DNA of 64,000 nt, from NCBI GenBank assembly GCA_963752475.1, contig CAVVYR010000006.1, forward strand, positions 192,001 through 256,000, given 5' to 3'. The translations under genes and the position numbers were made by a program. This DNA comes from an uncultured Chloroflexia bacterium (GTDB lineage Bacteria > Chloroflexota > Limnocylindria > Limnocylindrales > CSP1-4). Each line of letters starts with the position of its first letter. Within the stretch, counting starts at the first letter, position 1. Shown here one piece after another: positions 1-9,927 of this stretch. The notes below the pieces were generated by a model. That model was not told where the DNA came from, ran no database searches, and was given only the letters and a program-made list of their open reading frames with translations.

Positions 1-2
1 GC

Positions 3-19
3 TGGAAAGGGAGTTTCCA
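3..19. promoter_or_regulatory. Short inverted repeat TGGAAA-N5-TTTCCA upstream of the sugar ABC operon; possible operator
   Basis: Perfect 6-bp arms about 75 nt before the start codon; lies at the window edge, so context is missing. Confidence 0.25.
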
Positions 20-95
20 AGGGACCCCGGCTGAGCCGGGGCGGAACGAGAGTAGGGCCGGACTTGAGAAGGCCCACGACGACATGGAGGAGTCG

Positions 96-1181
96 ATGAA
101 TCGCACACAACGAACCCTGGTCCGCGCCGGCGTGGGCCTCGCAACGGTAGCACTGGCAGCCTCGAGCCTCGGTTCGGCGGCTCTGGCACAGGATGACGAG
201 AAGTACGTCGCCATGCTCCTGCCGGAGAACGTGAACCCGCGCTGGGAGAGCCAGGACGCGGCGTTCTTCGTCGAGCACATGGCCGAGTACGCACCCGACG
301 CGGTGGTCGAGGTCTTCAACGCCAACAACGACACCGCTACCCAGCAGCAGCAGGCCGAGCAGGCCCTGACCAACGGCGCCGACGTCCTGGTGGTCATCCC
401 TATCGACGGTGAGGCCGCGGCGATCATCGCCGACTTCGCCGAGGAAGAGGGCATCCCGGCCCTCGCGTACGACCGCATGATGCAGTCGGAGAACACCGAC
501 TTCTGGGTCCAGGCCTCGATGTTCGAGACCGGGCGCTCCCAGGCACAGCACGTGGTCGACAACACTGCTGAGGGCGATACGCTGGTCCTGCTCAAGGGCT
601 CGCCGACCGACCCCAACGCGGGCGTCATCTTCTCCGGCCAGATGGACGTGCTGCAGCCGCTCTTCGACAGCGGCGAGCGCGTCCTCGGCTACGAGAACTG
701 GACCCAGGGTTGGGACCCGGCCATCGCCCGCCAGTCCATGGACCAGGCGCTGACCGACCTCGACAACGACGTCCAGGGTGTCGTCTCCTCGAACGACGGC
801 AACGCGGCTGCCGCGATCGCCTCGCTCGACGAGCAGGGCATGGCCGGCAGCGTTCCGGTGAGCGGTCTTGACGGCACCGTCCAGGCGCTGCAGCTGATGC
901 TGTTGGGCGAGCAGACCCAGTCGGTCTGGCGCCCATTCGACACGATGGCTGACATCACGGCCCAGGTCGTGGCCCGGCTACTCGAGGGTGAGAGCGTGGA
1001 CGACCTCGTCGACGGCACCGTCGAGAACGCTGCCGGCGCACAGATCCCCTTCGTGCCGATCCCGCACTACTCGGCCGTCGGCGAAGAGGGCGTCGCCTAC
1101 ATCATCGAGAACGATCCCTCGATCACCAAGGAAGACGTCTGCCAGGGCGAGGCCGCTGAGACCGCGTTCTGCCAGGCATAG
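96..1181 (+). CDS. Sugar ABC transporter substrate-binding protein (XylF/ChvE-like)
   Basis: Signal peptide, RWESQD, QQQQAEQAL, AYDRM, SSNDGNA, VSGLDG motifs; GGAGG RBS before ATG 96. Confidence 0.9.
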   Translation: MNRTQRTLVRAGVGLATVALAASSLGSAALAQDDEKYVAMLLPENVNPRWESQDAAFFVEHMAEYAPDAVVEVFNANNDTATQQQQAEQALTNGADVLVVIPIDGEAAAIIADFAEEEGIPALAYDRMMQSENTDFWVQASMFETGRSQAQHVVDNTAEGDTLVLLKGSPTDPNAGVIFSGQMDVLQPLFDSGERVLGYENWTQGWDPAIARQSMDQALTDLDNDVQGVVSSNDGNAAAAIASLDEQGMAGSVPVSGLDGTVQALQLMLLGEQTQSVWRPFDTMADITAQVVARLLEGESVDDLVDGTVENAAGAQIPFVPIPHYSAVGEEGVAYIIENDPSITKEDVCQGEAAETAFCQA

Positions 1182-1200
1182 GAAGGAAGCACACGCTCCG

Positions 1201-2061
1201 ATGACTGCGGAACCGCAGCACCCAGCGGGGACTCGATCCCCGCTGGGTGAGCCGCCGGCGGGGACCTCGTCCCCGCCGCGCGAACCCCACCTCAAGGTGG
1301 CCGGTGTCGTCAAGCACTTCGGTGGTGTCGAAGCGCTGGCCGGAGTCGACTTCGAGCTACGGCGCGGCGAGGTCATGGGCCTCGTGGGGGACAACGGCGC
1401 CGGCAAGTCGACGCTCATGAAGATCCTCGCGGGTGCCCACACGGCCGATGCTGGCCAGTTCTACATCGAGGGCCAGCAGGTGACCATCTCCTCGCCGCAT
1501 GAGGCTTCGGAGTTGGGCATCCAGATCGTGTACCAGGATCTGGCGCTGTGCGAGAACCTCGACGTCACCGCCAACCTCTTCCTGGGCAACGAGCCGGTCC
1601 TCAGTGGCTGGGCCAGGTTCCTGCCCGAGCGGCTTCGTCCGATCGATGGCCTCAACATGGAACTCGAGGCTCTCGCTGCCGTAGACCGCCTCGACGTGCG
1701 TACCCTCAAGTCTGTGCGCGCCAAGGTCGGCGTCCTCTCGGGAGGCCAGCGCCAGGCCGTGGCCATCGCCCGCGCCGTGGGAAGCGAGTCGTCCATCCTC
1801 CTGCTCGACGAACCGACTGCCGCCTTGGGCGTGGCCCAGACCGCGCAGGTCCTCAATGCCGTGCGGCGACTGCGCGAGAGCGACCACGCCATCGTCTATA
1901 TCTCGCACAACCTGGGCGACGTCTTCGAGATCACCGACCGCATCACGGTCCTGCGTCAGGGCACGAACGTGGGTGTCTTCGAGACAGCCCAGACCAACAA
2001 CGACGAGATCGTGGCTGCCATCACCAGCGGCCGTGAGCTGGGGAACGGCAACCGTGGCTAG
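1201..2061 (+). CDS. Sugar ABC transporter ATP-binding protein
   Basis: Walker A GDNGAGKST, LSGGQRQ signature, Walker B LLLDEPT, ISH motif. Confidence 0.93.
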   Translation: MTAEPQHPAGTRSPLGEPPAGTSSPPREPHLKVAGVVKHFGGVEALAGVDFELRRGEVMGLVGDNGAGKSTLMKILAGAHTADAGQFYIEGQQVTISSPHEASELGIQIVYQDLALCENLDVTANLFLGNEPVLSGWARFLPERLRPIDGLNMELEALAAVDRLDVRTLKSVRAKVGVLSGGQRQAVAIARAVGSESSILLLDEPTAALGVAQTAQVLNAVRRLRESDHAIVYISHNLGDVFEITDRITVLRQGTNVGVFETAQTNNDEIVAAITSGRELGNGNRG

Positions 2062-3235
2062 CGCCGCGAACCGCGTACTCAGCGCGCTCGGCACCATGCG
2101 CGAGTCGCGCTTCGGCTCGTTCATCCCAGTCATGGTCGCGCTCGTGGCGATCTGGGCCTACTTCGGGCTGACCGAGCCCAACTTCCTCAGCCCGCGCAAC
2201 TTCCACTTCCTGTTCCTACAGAGCGCGGTCGTGGGCACGCTCGCGGTGGGCATCACCATCGTTCTCCTTATCGGCGACATCGACCTGTCGGCCGCCGCTA
2301 TGGCTGGTGTCTGCGCCGCGCTACTCGCGGTCCTCATCACCAATGAAGGCGTGCCCGTCCCCATCGCCATCGTTGTGGTCGTGGTAACCGGGATCCTGCT
2401 GAGCGGCGCCGAGGGTGTGATCGTGGCGTTCGTCAGGATCCCCTCGTTCGTGGTCACGCTCGCCGGGCTCCTCGTATTCCAGGGCCTGATGCTCAAGGTC
2501 CTGGGCATCCACGGGGCTCTCAACATGCGCGATCCATTCATCCGCGGTCTCACGACCACCGAGCTGCCCAACGAGGTTGGCTGGATGCTGGTGGCCCTGG
2601 GCGTGGTTGCGCTGGCTATCGTCGTCTGGCGCAACCGACGCAAGCGCGCCAGTCTGGGGCTGGAGCTCGACCCCATCTACGCGGATGCGGCCAAGGTGGT
2701 GGGCTTCGGTCTGCTCTCCGGCATCGGCGTGGCCATCCTCAACGGCTACCGCGGCGTGCCCGTCGTGGTTGTCTTGCTGCTGACCGTTACAGCGATCCTT
2801 GGCTGGATCACTACCTCGACCCGCTTCGGTCGCTCGCTCTTCGCAGTCGGTGGCAACACCGAGTCCGCTCGCCGCGTGGGTATCTCCATCACGTGGACCC
2901 GCGTCGCGGCCTTCGGCATCGTCGGCCTCATGGCGGCCTTCGCCGGGATCGTCGGCGCGTCGCGCTTCGCGTCGGTCTCGTACAACGCCTTTGCCGGCGG
3001 CCCGTTGTTGCTCAACGCCATCGGAGCGGCCGTCATCGGCGGTACCTCACTCTTCGGCGGTCGCGGCAGCGTATGGAACGCGATCCTTGGCGCGCTCGTC
3101 ATCGGCTCGGTCGGTAACGGCCTCGATCTCGGCGGTGCCACCGCGGCCGACAAGTTCATCATTTCCGGCGCGATCTTGCTGCTCGCAGTCTCGCTCGACG
3201 CCGTCTCGCGCAGGGGCGCACAACAGACCCGGTAG
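2054..3235 (+). CDS. Sugar ABC transporter permease (XylH-like)
   Basis: Multiple TM helices, IGDIDLS, IPSFVVTL, FGRSLFAVGGN, AAVIGGTSLFGGRG; GTG start overlaps the previous stop region. Confidence 0.92.
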   Translation: MASAANRVLSALGTMRESRFGSFIPVMVALVAIWAYFGLTEPNFLSPRNFHFLFLQSAVVGTLAVGITIVLLIGDIDLSAAAMAGVCAALLAVLITNEGVPVPIAIVVVVVTGILLSGAEGVIVAFVRIPSFVVTLAGLLVFQGLMLKVLGIHGALNMRDPFIRGLTTTELPNEVGWMLVALGVVALAIVVWRNRRKRASLGLELDPIYADAAKVVGFGLLSGIGVAILNGYRGVPVVVVLLLTVTAILGWITTSTRFGRSLFAVGGNTESARRVGISITWTRVAAFGIVGLMAAFAGIVGASRFASVSYNAFAGGPLLLNAIGAAVIGGTSLFGGRGSVWNAILGALVIGSVGNGLDLGGATAADKFIISGAILLLAVSLDAVSRRGAQQTR

Positions 3236-3251
3236 GGGAGGAGTATCGGAT

Positions 3252-4226
3252 ATGAGGACCTTCAGGATCGCCGCTCTGGACAAGCCCATCTCGGTCATGG
3301 GCTTGGGCACGATGATCTTCCATCCCGACACGCAGGAGCGGGACAACAGCCTGCTCGATGCCTTCGTCGAGGGCGGTGGCACCTACATCGACACCGCCGA
3401 AGTCTACGGAGCCGTGGAGGAGCATGGCTACTCCGAGATGGTCATCGGGGAGTGGCTGAGCGCCCGGCCGGGCATGCGCGAGAGGATCGTGCTCACGACC
3501 AAGGGGCTGATTCCGGGCTACTGCGCACCCATCCATCCGGGCGGCGCGAAGATCGACCCGGAGTCCATCCACAAGGCCATCGAGATCTCGCTCGGGAAGC
3601 TGCAGACCGACTACCTCGACATGTGGATGTTCCACCGCGACGACCCGAGCCATCCGGTGGGCCCGCTGGTCGACGCCCTCGACGAGGAGGTCAAGGCCGG
3701 ACGCATTCGCAGCTACGGCGGCTCCAACTGGACAACCTCCCGCATCGCCGAGGCCATCGCCTACGCCCGCGAGAACGGCAAGGCCGAGATGAGCGCGTCG
3801 AGCCCGAACTTCTCGCTGGCCCAGGCCAAGGAACCGTTCTGGCCGGACACCGTAGTGACCGATGGCGCGGATAAGCAGTGGTTCGCCGACAACCAGCTTC
3901 TGCTGGTGGCGTGGTCGGCGCTCGGACGTGGCTTCTTTGCCAAGGCCGATCCGGCTGACCAGAGTGATGCCGATCTGGTGCGCGTCTTCTACTCCGAAGA
4001 GAACTTCGCGCGCAAGGCACGGGCTGAGGAGTTCGGCGCCGCCAAGGGCATGTCCATGTTCGAGATCGCCCTGGCCTATGTCACCAGCCAGCCCTTCCCG
4101 GCAGTGGCGCTCAGCGGTCCCGAGACCGTCGAGCAGGTTGCGTCGTCCATCGCCGCCGGCGACCTTGAGCTGAGCGCCGCCGAGCGCGACTGGCTCGACC
4201 TGACGAGCGACGAGCGACCGTTCTAG
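3252..4226 (+). CDS. Aldo/keto reductase
   Basis: MGLGTM, IDTAEVYG, SLGKLQTDYLD, HRDD, GGSNW; GGAGG RBS. Confidence 0.9.
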   Translation: MRTFRIAALDKPISVMGLGTMIFHPDTQERDNSLLDAFVEGGGTYIDTAEVYGAVEEHGYSEMVIGEWLSARPGMRERIVLTTKGLIPGYCAPIHPGGAKIDPESIHKAIEISLGKLQTDYLDMWMFHRDDPSHPVGPLVDALDEEVKAGRIRSYGGSNWTTSRIAEAIAYARENGKAEMSASSPNFSLAQAKEPFWPDTVVTDGADKQWFADNQLLLVAWSALGRGFFAKADPADQSDADLVRVFYSEENFARKARAEEFGAAKGMSMFEIALAYVTSQPFPAVALSGPETVEQVASSIAAGDLELSAAERDWLDLTSDERPF

Positions 4227-4254
4227 CACCCGCTGATCCTGAGGAGGACCTGAC

Positions 4255-5694
4255 ATGCCAGAAGCCATGAAGATGTACATCGGCGGCGAACTCGTCGATG
4301 CCAAGTCCGGGGCCACGCACGACGTCGTCAACCCCGGTACCGAGGAGGTCGTGGGCTCCATCGCCTGGGCGGGAGCCGCCGACGCGGAGATCGCCCTGCA
4401 GGCCGCGGACGAGGCTTTCGAGAGCTGGTCGCGCACACCGATCGCCGAGCGCACCAAGTGGATGAGCAAGCTGCGTGACGCGGTCATCGCCGACCAGGAG
4501 AAGCTGCGCGAGCTCATCAGCCTCGAGATGGGCAAGAACTGGGCCGGCACGGAGGAGGACTACGAGTCCCTGCGCAACAGCCTCCACTTCTATGCGGAGG
4601 AGATCACGCGCCATCGCCCCGAGGCGCTCGTCGATCGCGACGGGTCGCACAGCCACTGGCTGGTGAACGAGCCGGTTGGCGTGGCCGTGGCCTTCATCGC
4701 CTGGAACTTCCCTCTGCTCAACTTCGCCTTCAAGATCGGCCCGGCCATGGCGGCTGGCTGTCCGACCATCATCAAGCCCTCTGCGGCGTCCCCGCTATCG
4801 GCCTATCGCGTCGGCGAGCTGTGCGCTGACGTAGGCCTGCCGCCAGGCGCCGTCAACATCCTGTGCGGCCCGTCGGCTGAGGTCGGCGACACGCTTTCGG
4901 AGTCCACCATCCCGGCACTCATCACCATCATCGGCTCAGTGGCAACCGGTCGCCACGTGATGCGCGTGGGCGCCAGCTCCATCAAGCGGTACTCGATGGA
5001 GCTGGGCGGCAACGCCCCGGTGCTCGTCTTCGCGGACTCCGATCTCGACCTCGCGGCCGAGATCGTGGGCAACGTCAAGTTCGGCAACGCCGGCCAGATC
5101 TGCGTGACCCCGAACCGCGTCTTCGTGGAGGAGTCCGTGGCGGCGGCCTTCAAGCAGAAGCTCGTCGATCGGGCCAACTCGACCACGGTCGGGTGGGAGC
5201 TGCGTGGTGACGTGGACATGGGTCCGCTGATCGACGCGAAGGCGTGGGAGCGCGTCGACAAACTGGTGCAGGACGCCATCGCCGACGGCGCCAACCTCCT
5301 CGCGGGCGGTGGTCGCCCTGCCGGCCTCGAGAAGGGCAACTACTACTCACCCACGGTCATCGACGGCGTCACGCCCGAGATGCGCATCTACCAGGAGGAG
5401 ATCTTCGGACCGGTCGTCAGCATCATCGACTTCACCGACGAGGACGCTGTGCTCAAGGCAGCCAACGAGACCGATGCCGGGCTGACCGCCTACGTCTTCA
5501 CCCGGGATCTGGCCAAGGCCGACCGGTTGGCGGCCCATCTGCGCTTCGGTGAGGTGCAGATCAACGGTGTGAAGTACGACATCGACCTGCCACACGGCGG
5601 CATCAAGCAGTCCGGCATCAGTTGCGATTGCTCGCACCTGGCCCTGGAGGACTACTTCGCGACGAAGCGGATCTCACGCGGGCTGGTGGCATAG
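4255..5694 (+). CDS. NAD(P)-dependent aldehyde dehydrogenase (SSADH-like; possible anhydrogalactose dehydrogenase)
   Basis: AWNFP, MELGGNAP, NAGQICV catalytic Cys, EEIFGP. Confidence 0.9.
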   Translation: MPEAMKMYIGGELVDAKSGATHDVVNPGTEEVVGSIAWAGAADAEIALQAADEAFESWSRTPIAERTKWMSKLRDAVIADQEKLRELISLEMGKNWAGTEEDYESLRNSLHFYAEEITRHRPEALVDRDGSHSHWLVNEPVGVAVAFIAWNFPLLNFAFKIGPAMAAGCPTIIKPSAASPLSAYRVGELCADVGLPPGAVNILCGPSAEVGDTLSESTIPALITIIGSVATGRHVMRVGASSIKRYSMELGGNAPVLVFADSDLDLAAEIVGNVKFGNAGQICVTPNRVFVEESVAAAFKQKLVDRANSTTVGWELRGDVDMGPLIDAKAWERVDKLVQDAIADGANLLAGGGRPAGLEKGNYYSPTVIDGVTPEMRIYQEEIFGPVVSIIDFTDEDAVLKAANETDAGLTAYVFTRDLAKADRLAAHLRFGEVQINGVKYDIDLPHGGIKQSGISCDCSHLALEDYFATKRISRGLVA

Positions 5695-5704
5695 GACGCC
5701 ACTG

Positions 5705-6871
5705 ATGAAGATCACCGAGGTCGTCAGCCACGTCCTTCGGTACGACCTGCCGGAGGAACTCGGCTACTCGCAGCAGTACTACTCGGCGCGCACCGCGCAT
5801 CTCGTGGAGGTCCGCACCGACGAAGGGCTCGTCGGTTGGGGCGAGTCGTTCGGCCCCGGCAACGTCGCGCTGGCTAACAAGACGATCGTCGAGCGGGTCA
5901 TCCAGCCACTCATCGTGGGCCGTGATCCGCTCGACCGCGAGGTCATCTGGCACGACGTCTACAACCTGCTGCGTGATCACGGCCAGAAGGGCATGCCCAT
6001 CCAGGCGCTCTCCGGGATCGACATCGCGCTGTGGGACCTGTCTGCCCGGATCGCGGGACTGCCGCTATCGAAGATGATGGGCGGTCAGTTCCGCGAGCGG
6101 GTGCCCGTGTACGGCTACGGCATGATGCTCAAGCGCGAGGACACGGCAGCTCACGTCGCCCGCTTCCGTGACGAGGCGGCGGGTATCAAGGCTGACGGCT
6201 TCCGCGCGACCAAGATGAAGGTGGGCCTCGGTATCGCTGACGATATCCGGCTCGCCGAGGCCGTTCGACTGGGCGTCGGAGACGACTTCGACTTCATGGT
6301 CGACGCCAACCACTGCTACACCCTGGGCGATGCCATGCGCGTCGGCCATGCGCTCGATGACCTGGGTGCCTATTGGTTCGAGGAGCCGGTGGCGCCAGAG
6401 GACCAGGAGGGCTATCACGAGCTGCGTGTGGCACTCGACACCAACGTCTCGGGGGGAGAGGTCGAGTACACACGTTGGGGCTGGCGACAGCTTCTCGAAG
6501 GGCGTTGTCTCGACATCGCCCAGCCTGAGGTCTGCGCCCTCGGTGGCATCAGCGAGTTCCTCAAGGTGCTCTCGATGGCACACACGCACCTGACGCCGGT
6601 CGTGCCCCATGTGTGGGGCTCTGCCGTGGCCATCGCCGTCAATCTCCATCTGCTTGCGGCCATGCCGCCGGTCCCCGGGGGCATGTACCCACGCGAGCCG
6701 ATGCTCGAGTTCGACACCACCCACAACCTGTTCCGCGACGAGTTGCTGCAGGAGCCGCTCGACATCCAGGGACAAGTCAAGCGGAACGGTGGCTACGCCT
6801 CGATCCCGACCGGCCCGGGCCTGGGCGTCGTGCCCGACCGCGAATTCATCGCACACTACGAGGTGACGTGA
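5705..6871 (+). CDS. Mandelate racemase/muconate lactonizing (enolase superfamily) enzyme; acid-sugar dehydratase or cycloisomerase
   Basis: GIDIALWD, KMKVG, MVDANH, WFEEP, GGE, PHVWG, PGLG motifs. Confidence 0.9.
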   Translation: MKITEVVSHVLRYDLPEELGYSQQYYSARTAHLVEVRTDEGLVGWGESFGPGNVALANKTIVERVIQPLIVGRDPLDREVIWHDVYNLLRDHGQKGMPIQALSGIDIALWDLSARIAGLPLSKMMGGQFRERVPVYGYGMMLKREDTAAHVARFRDEAAGIKADGFRATKMKVGLGIADDIRLAEAVRLGVGDDFDFMVDANHCYTLGDAMRVGHALDDLGAYWFEEPVAPEDQEGYHELRVALDTNVSGGEVEYTRWGWRQLLEGRCLDIAQPEVCALGGISEFLKVLSMAHTHLTPVVPHVWGSAVAIAVNLHLLAAMPPVPGGMYPREPMLEFDTTHNLFRDELLQEPLDIQGQVKRNGGYASIPTGPGLGVVPDREFIAHYEVT

Positions 6872-6938
6872 CCTCACCGCCACACGCACCGATCAAAGGG
6901 GCGGCTGTCGGATCGACCCCTGACCACAGGAGGACCCC

Positions 6939-7988
6939 ATGAGCCCTGCAGATCAGGAGCGCCCGCTCGTCGTCACGCTCGGCGAGATCATGATGCGGCT
7001 CAAGTCGCCCGGTCATGAGCGCCTGTTCCAGTCGGGTGCGCTGGAGGCGACGTTCGCCGGAGGCGAGGCCAACGTGGCCGTGTCGGTGGCCAACTACGGC
7101 CTGAGGGCGCGCTACGTCACGGCTCTGCCGGCCAACCCCCTCGGTGATGCGGCGGTGCGCGCGCTGCGCACGATGGAGGTCGAGACCGACCACATCATCC
7201 GTCGCGAGGGGCGCCTGGGCATCTACTTCGTCGAGGCCGGCGCCTCGCAGCGGGCCTCCACCGTGGTCTACGACCGGACGGGTGCGGCCATCGCGCAGGC
7301 CGAGCCCCAGGAGTTCGACTGGCAGGCCATCTTCAGCGGTGCTCGCTGGTTCCACATCTCGGGCATCACGCCGGCGCTCTCGGAGACCGCTGCGGCGCTG
7401 ACCGAGGCGGCGCTCAAGGCGGCCAAGGCGGCCGGGGCCACGACCTCGATCGACCTCAACTACCGGGCCAAGCTGTGGAACTACGGCAAGTCGGCACCGG
7501 AGGTCATGCGACCGCTGATGGATCACGTCGATGTGGCCATCGGCAACGAGGAGGATGCCCAGCAAGCGCTGGGGCTGGCGGCGACAGCAGACGTGACCTC
7601 GGGCGAGCTCGATCACTCCGTCTATGAGGCTTTGACGCAGCGCGTCATCGATGAGTTCCCGAACCTCTCGGCCGTGGCCATCACGTTGCGTGAGAGCCGC
7701 AGCGCCGACATCAACGGCTGGTCGGCCTGCCTGCGCGACGCCGACGGCTTCTATCTGAGCCGGCACTACGATATCCACGACATCGTCGATCGAGTGGGCG
7801 GCGGCGACTCCTTCGCCGGCGGGCTCATCTTCGGGCTCGTCGACGGACGCTCGGCGCAGGACGCGCTCGAGTTCGCCGTGGCCGCCAGCTGCCTCAAGCA
7901 TTCGATCCCGGGTGACTTCAACCGGGTCAGCATCACCGAGGTCGAGAAGCTCGCCGGCGGCGACGCCTCCGGCCGTGTCAGCCGCTAG
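6939..7988 (+). CDS. kdgK: PfkB-family 2-keto-3-deoxy-sugar-acid kinase (KdgK-like)
   Basis: [41 protein letters not shown]. Confidence 0.85.
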   Translation: MSPADQERPLVVTLGEIMMRLKSPGHERLFQSGALEATFAGGEANVAVSVANYGLRARYVTALPANPLGDAAVRALRTMEVETDHIIRREGRLGIYFVEAGASQRASTVVYDRTGAAIAQAEPQEFDWQAIFSGARWFHISGITPALSETAAALTEAALKAAKAAGATTSIDLNYRAKLWNYGKSAPEVMRPLMDHVDVAIGNEEDAQQALGLAATADVTSGELDHSVYEALTQRVIDEFPNLSAVAITLRESRSADINGWSACLRDADGFYLSRHYDIHDIVDRVGGGDSFAGGLIFGLVDGRSAQDALEFAVAASCLKHSIPGDFNRVSITEVEKLAGGDASGRVSR

Positions 7989-8001
7989 AACGGAGTCCCT
8001 G

Positions 8002-8634
8002 ATGACCGACCGACCACCGATCCCTGACCTGCTGCGCGAGTCGAAGGTCATCGCCATCGGGCGCAACGTGCCGCCCGCGCGGGCGGCGAGCATCGGCGAG
8101 GCCTTCGCCGCGGGGGGCGTGCGCGTGATGGAGCTCACGCTGAACGAACCGGAGGACGAAGCCCTGCGGTCGATCGCCGCACTGGCCGCCGTGGCCGATG
8201 ATCTGGGGGCACTCGTCGGTGCGGGGACCGTGCTCTCGATCGGGGCGGCCAGGCGGGCCGTCGATGCCGGTGCCCGCTTCATCGTGTCGCCGCACACCGA
8301 CGCGGAGCTCATCTCCTGGTGTGCCCTCGGCGGCGTGCCCTGCTACCCCGGTGCCCTCTCACCGACGGAGATCCACACCGCCTGGTCGGCCGGTGCCAGC
8401 GCCGTCAAGCTGTTCCCCGCCGCGGCCGTCGGGACGGGATACCTCAAGCAGATCGCGGGACCGTTCCCCGACATCCCGTTCGTGCCCACCGGTGGTGTCT
8501 CGGCCGAGACCGCCGGTGACTGGATCGCGGCCGGCGCGGTGGCCGTGGGCATGGGCGGCTGGCTCATCGGCGACGGCGAGCCGGCCGGCATCACCGAGCG
8601 CTCGAAGCAGGTCGCGGCCGCCGTTTCGGGCTGA
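8002..8634 (+). CDS. eda: KDPG/KHG-type aldolase
   Basis: ELTL, GAGTV, GARFIVSP, PTEI, VKLFPA, PTGGV. Confidence 0.88.
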   Translation: MTDRPPIPDLLRESKVIAIGRNVPPARAASIGEAFAAGGVRVMELTLNEPEDEALRSIAALAAVADDLGALVGAGTVLSIGAARRAVDAGARFIVSPHTDAELISWCALGGVPCYPGALSPTEIHTAWSAGASAVKLFPAAAVGTGYLKQIAGPFPDIPFVPTGGVSAETAGDWIAAGAVAVGMGGWLIGDGEPAGITERSKQVAAAVSG

Positions 8635-8928
8635 CCCGAGGGGGAAAGTGGCGCCCTCGGACATGACGGTGAACATGACCGAAGGCACCGCCCAAACGGT
8701 AGAGCCGAGTCCACGCCGCGGCAACGACTTTCGCAACGCGAGCCGTGAAATGTCGCCCAGCCGCAAACGAGCTTCGAGATGGTCCGGCCGGGTGGTGTTG
8801 AGAGGTCATGCACATCGACGTGCGCTGGCGCGACGAGGTCGTGCGCGGGGTACCGGCCATCACCGCGCCCATCCCTACGAGCCCGAGCCGCAGTACCGTT
8901 GGTACTACGAAGACGGAGGCGTACCCGA

Positions 8929-9876
8929 GTGGTGAAGACGGAGCTGGCACACCGGATGTGGGGCGACTGGCCCTCGGTCCTGCTCTCGACCGACGCGGTC
9001 GAGCTGGAGGTCCTGAGCGAGGTCGGCGCGCGCGTCGTGTCCCTGCGCGACAAGCGGCGTGACCGCGAGTGGCTGCTGCAGGGTCAGAAGCCGCGTGACC
9101 TCGACTACATGGACTGGGCCGACGAGGACGCCGTCTTCGCCGGACGTGAGTCGTTCGGCTGGGACGAGTGCCTCCCGACGACCGCGCCGTGTGATGACCC
9201 CACCGAGCCCGGTGCGGTCCTGCGCGATCACGGTGACCAGTGGGGCCGCGGCGCGTACCTCCGTCTCGACCACGCCGGGGGAGCCGTCGAGCACAGCTGG
9301 GCTGCGCCTCGCTGGGACTACCGGTTGCATCGCCGTCTCTCCTTCGCCGACGAGTCGACGGTGCTGGCCGAGTACAGGGTCCAAAGCCAGGCCGATCAGC
9401 CGCTGCCGATCCACTGGGCCCAGCATCCGGTGATCCGGCCCGAGCCCGGGAGCTACATCGACCTGCCCGAGGTGCACACGGTGCGCTGTTCGTGGCGCAA
9501 CGGCATCGACCTGCCGGATGAGACGACCTGGCCCAAGGCCACGCTGGGCGACGGCTCCGAGAAGGACCTGGCCTGCGTGGGCAGCGGTGAGGGTTGGGCG
9601 ACCGTGCTCTACGCCGACGCGCGCGAGGGCGCTCGCGTCGTGGCGCCCGACGGGGCCCGGCTGGACTTCGAGTGGGACCACGAGTTCGCTCCGGCCCTGC
9701 GCGTGTGGATCTCCTGCGGGGGCTGGCCGCCCGACGCCGAACCCTCGGAGCAGATCGCGCTCGAGCCCTGCACCTCGATGCATGACCATCTGGCGGGTGC
9801 CATGGCCGACGGGGAGGAGCGGATCCTGCGGCCCGGCGAGAGCCTCCACTGGTGGGTGCGGCTGGCCCTCTCCTGA
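8929..9876 (+). CDS. Galactose mutarotase/aldose epimerase-like protein
   Basis: GARVVSL, GWDECLPT, DHGDQW, WAQHP, IALEP motifs; exact GTG start (8929 or 8932) uncertain. Confidence 0.7.
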   Translation: MVKTELAHRMWGDWPSVLLSTDAVELEVLSEVGARVVSLRDKRRDREWLLQGQKPRDLDYMDWADEDAVFAGRESFGWDECLPTTAPCDDPTEPGAVLRDHGDQWGRGAYLRLDHAGGAVEHSWAAPRWDYRLHRRLSFADESTVLAEYRVQSQADQPLPIHWAQHPVIRPEPGSYIDLPEVHTVRCSWRNGIDLPDETTWPKATLGDGSEKDLACVGSGEGWATVLYADAREGARVVAPDGARLDFEWDHEFAPALRVWISCGGWPPDAEPSEQIALEPCTSMHDHLAGAMADGEERILRPGESLHWWVRLALS

Positions 9877-9927
9877 TCCCCTCGCGGATCGCCGCACGTT
9901 GACGTACAAGCCACTTCGCACGATGAG

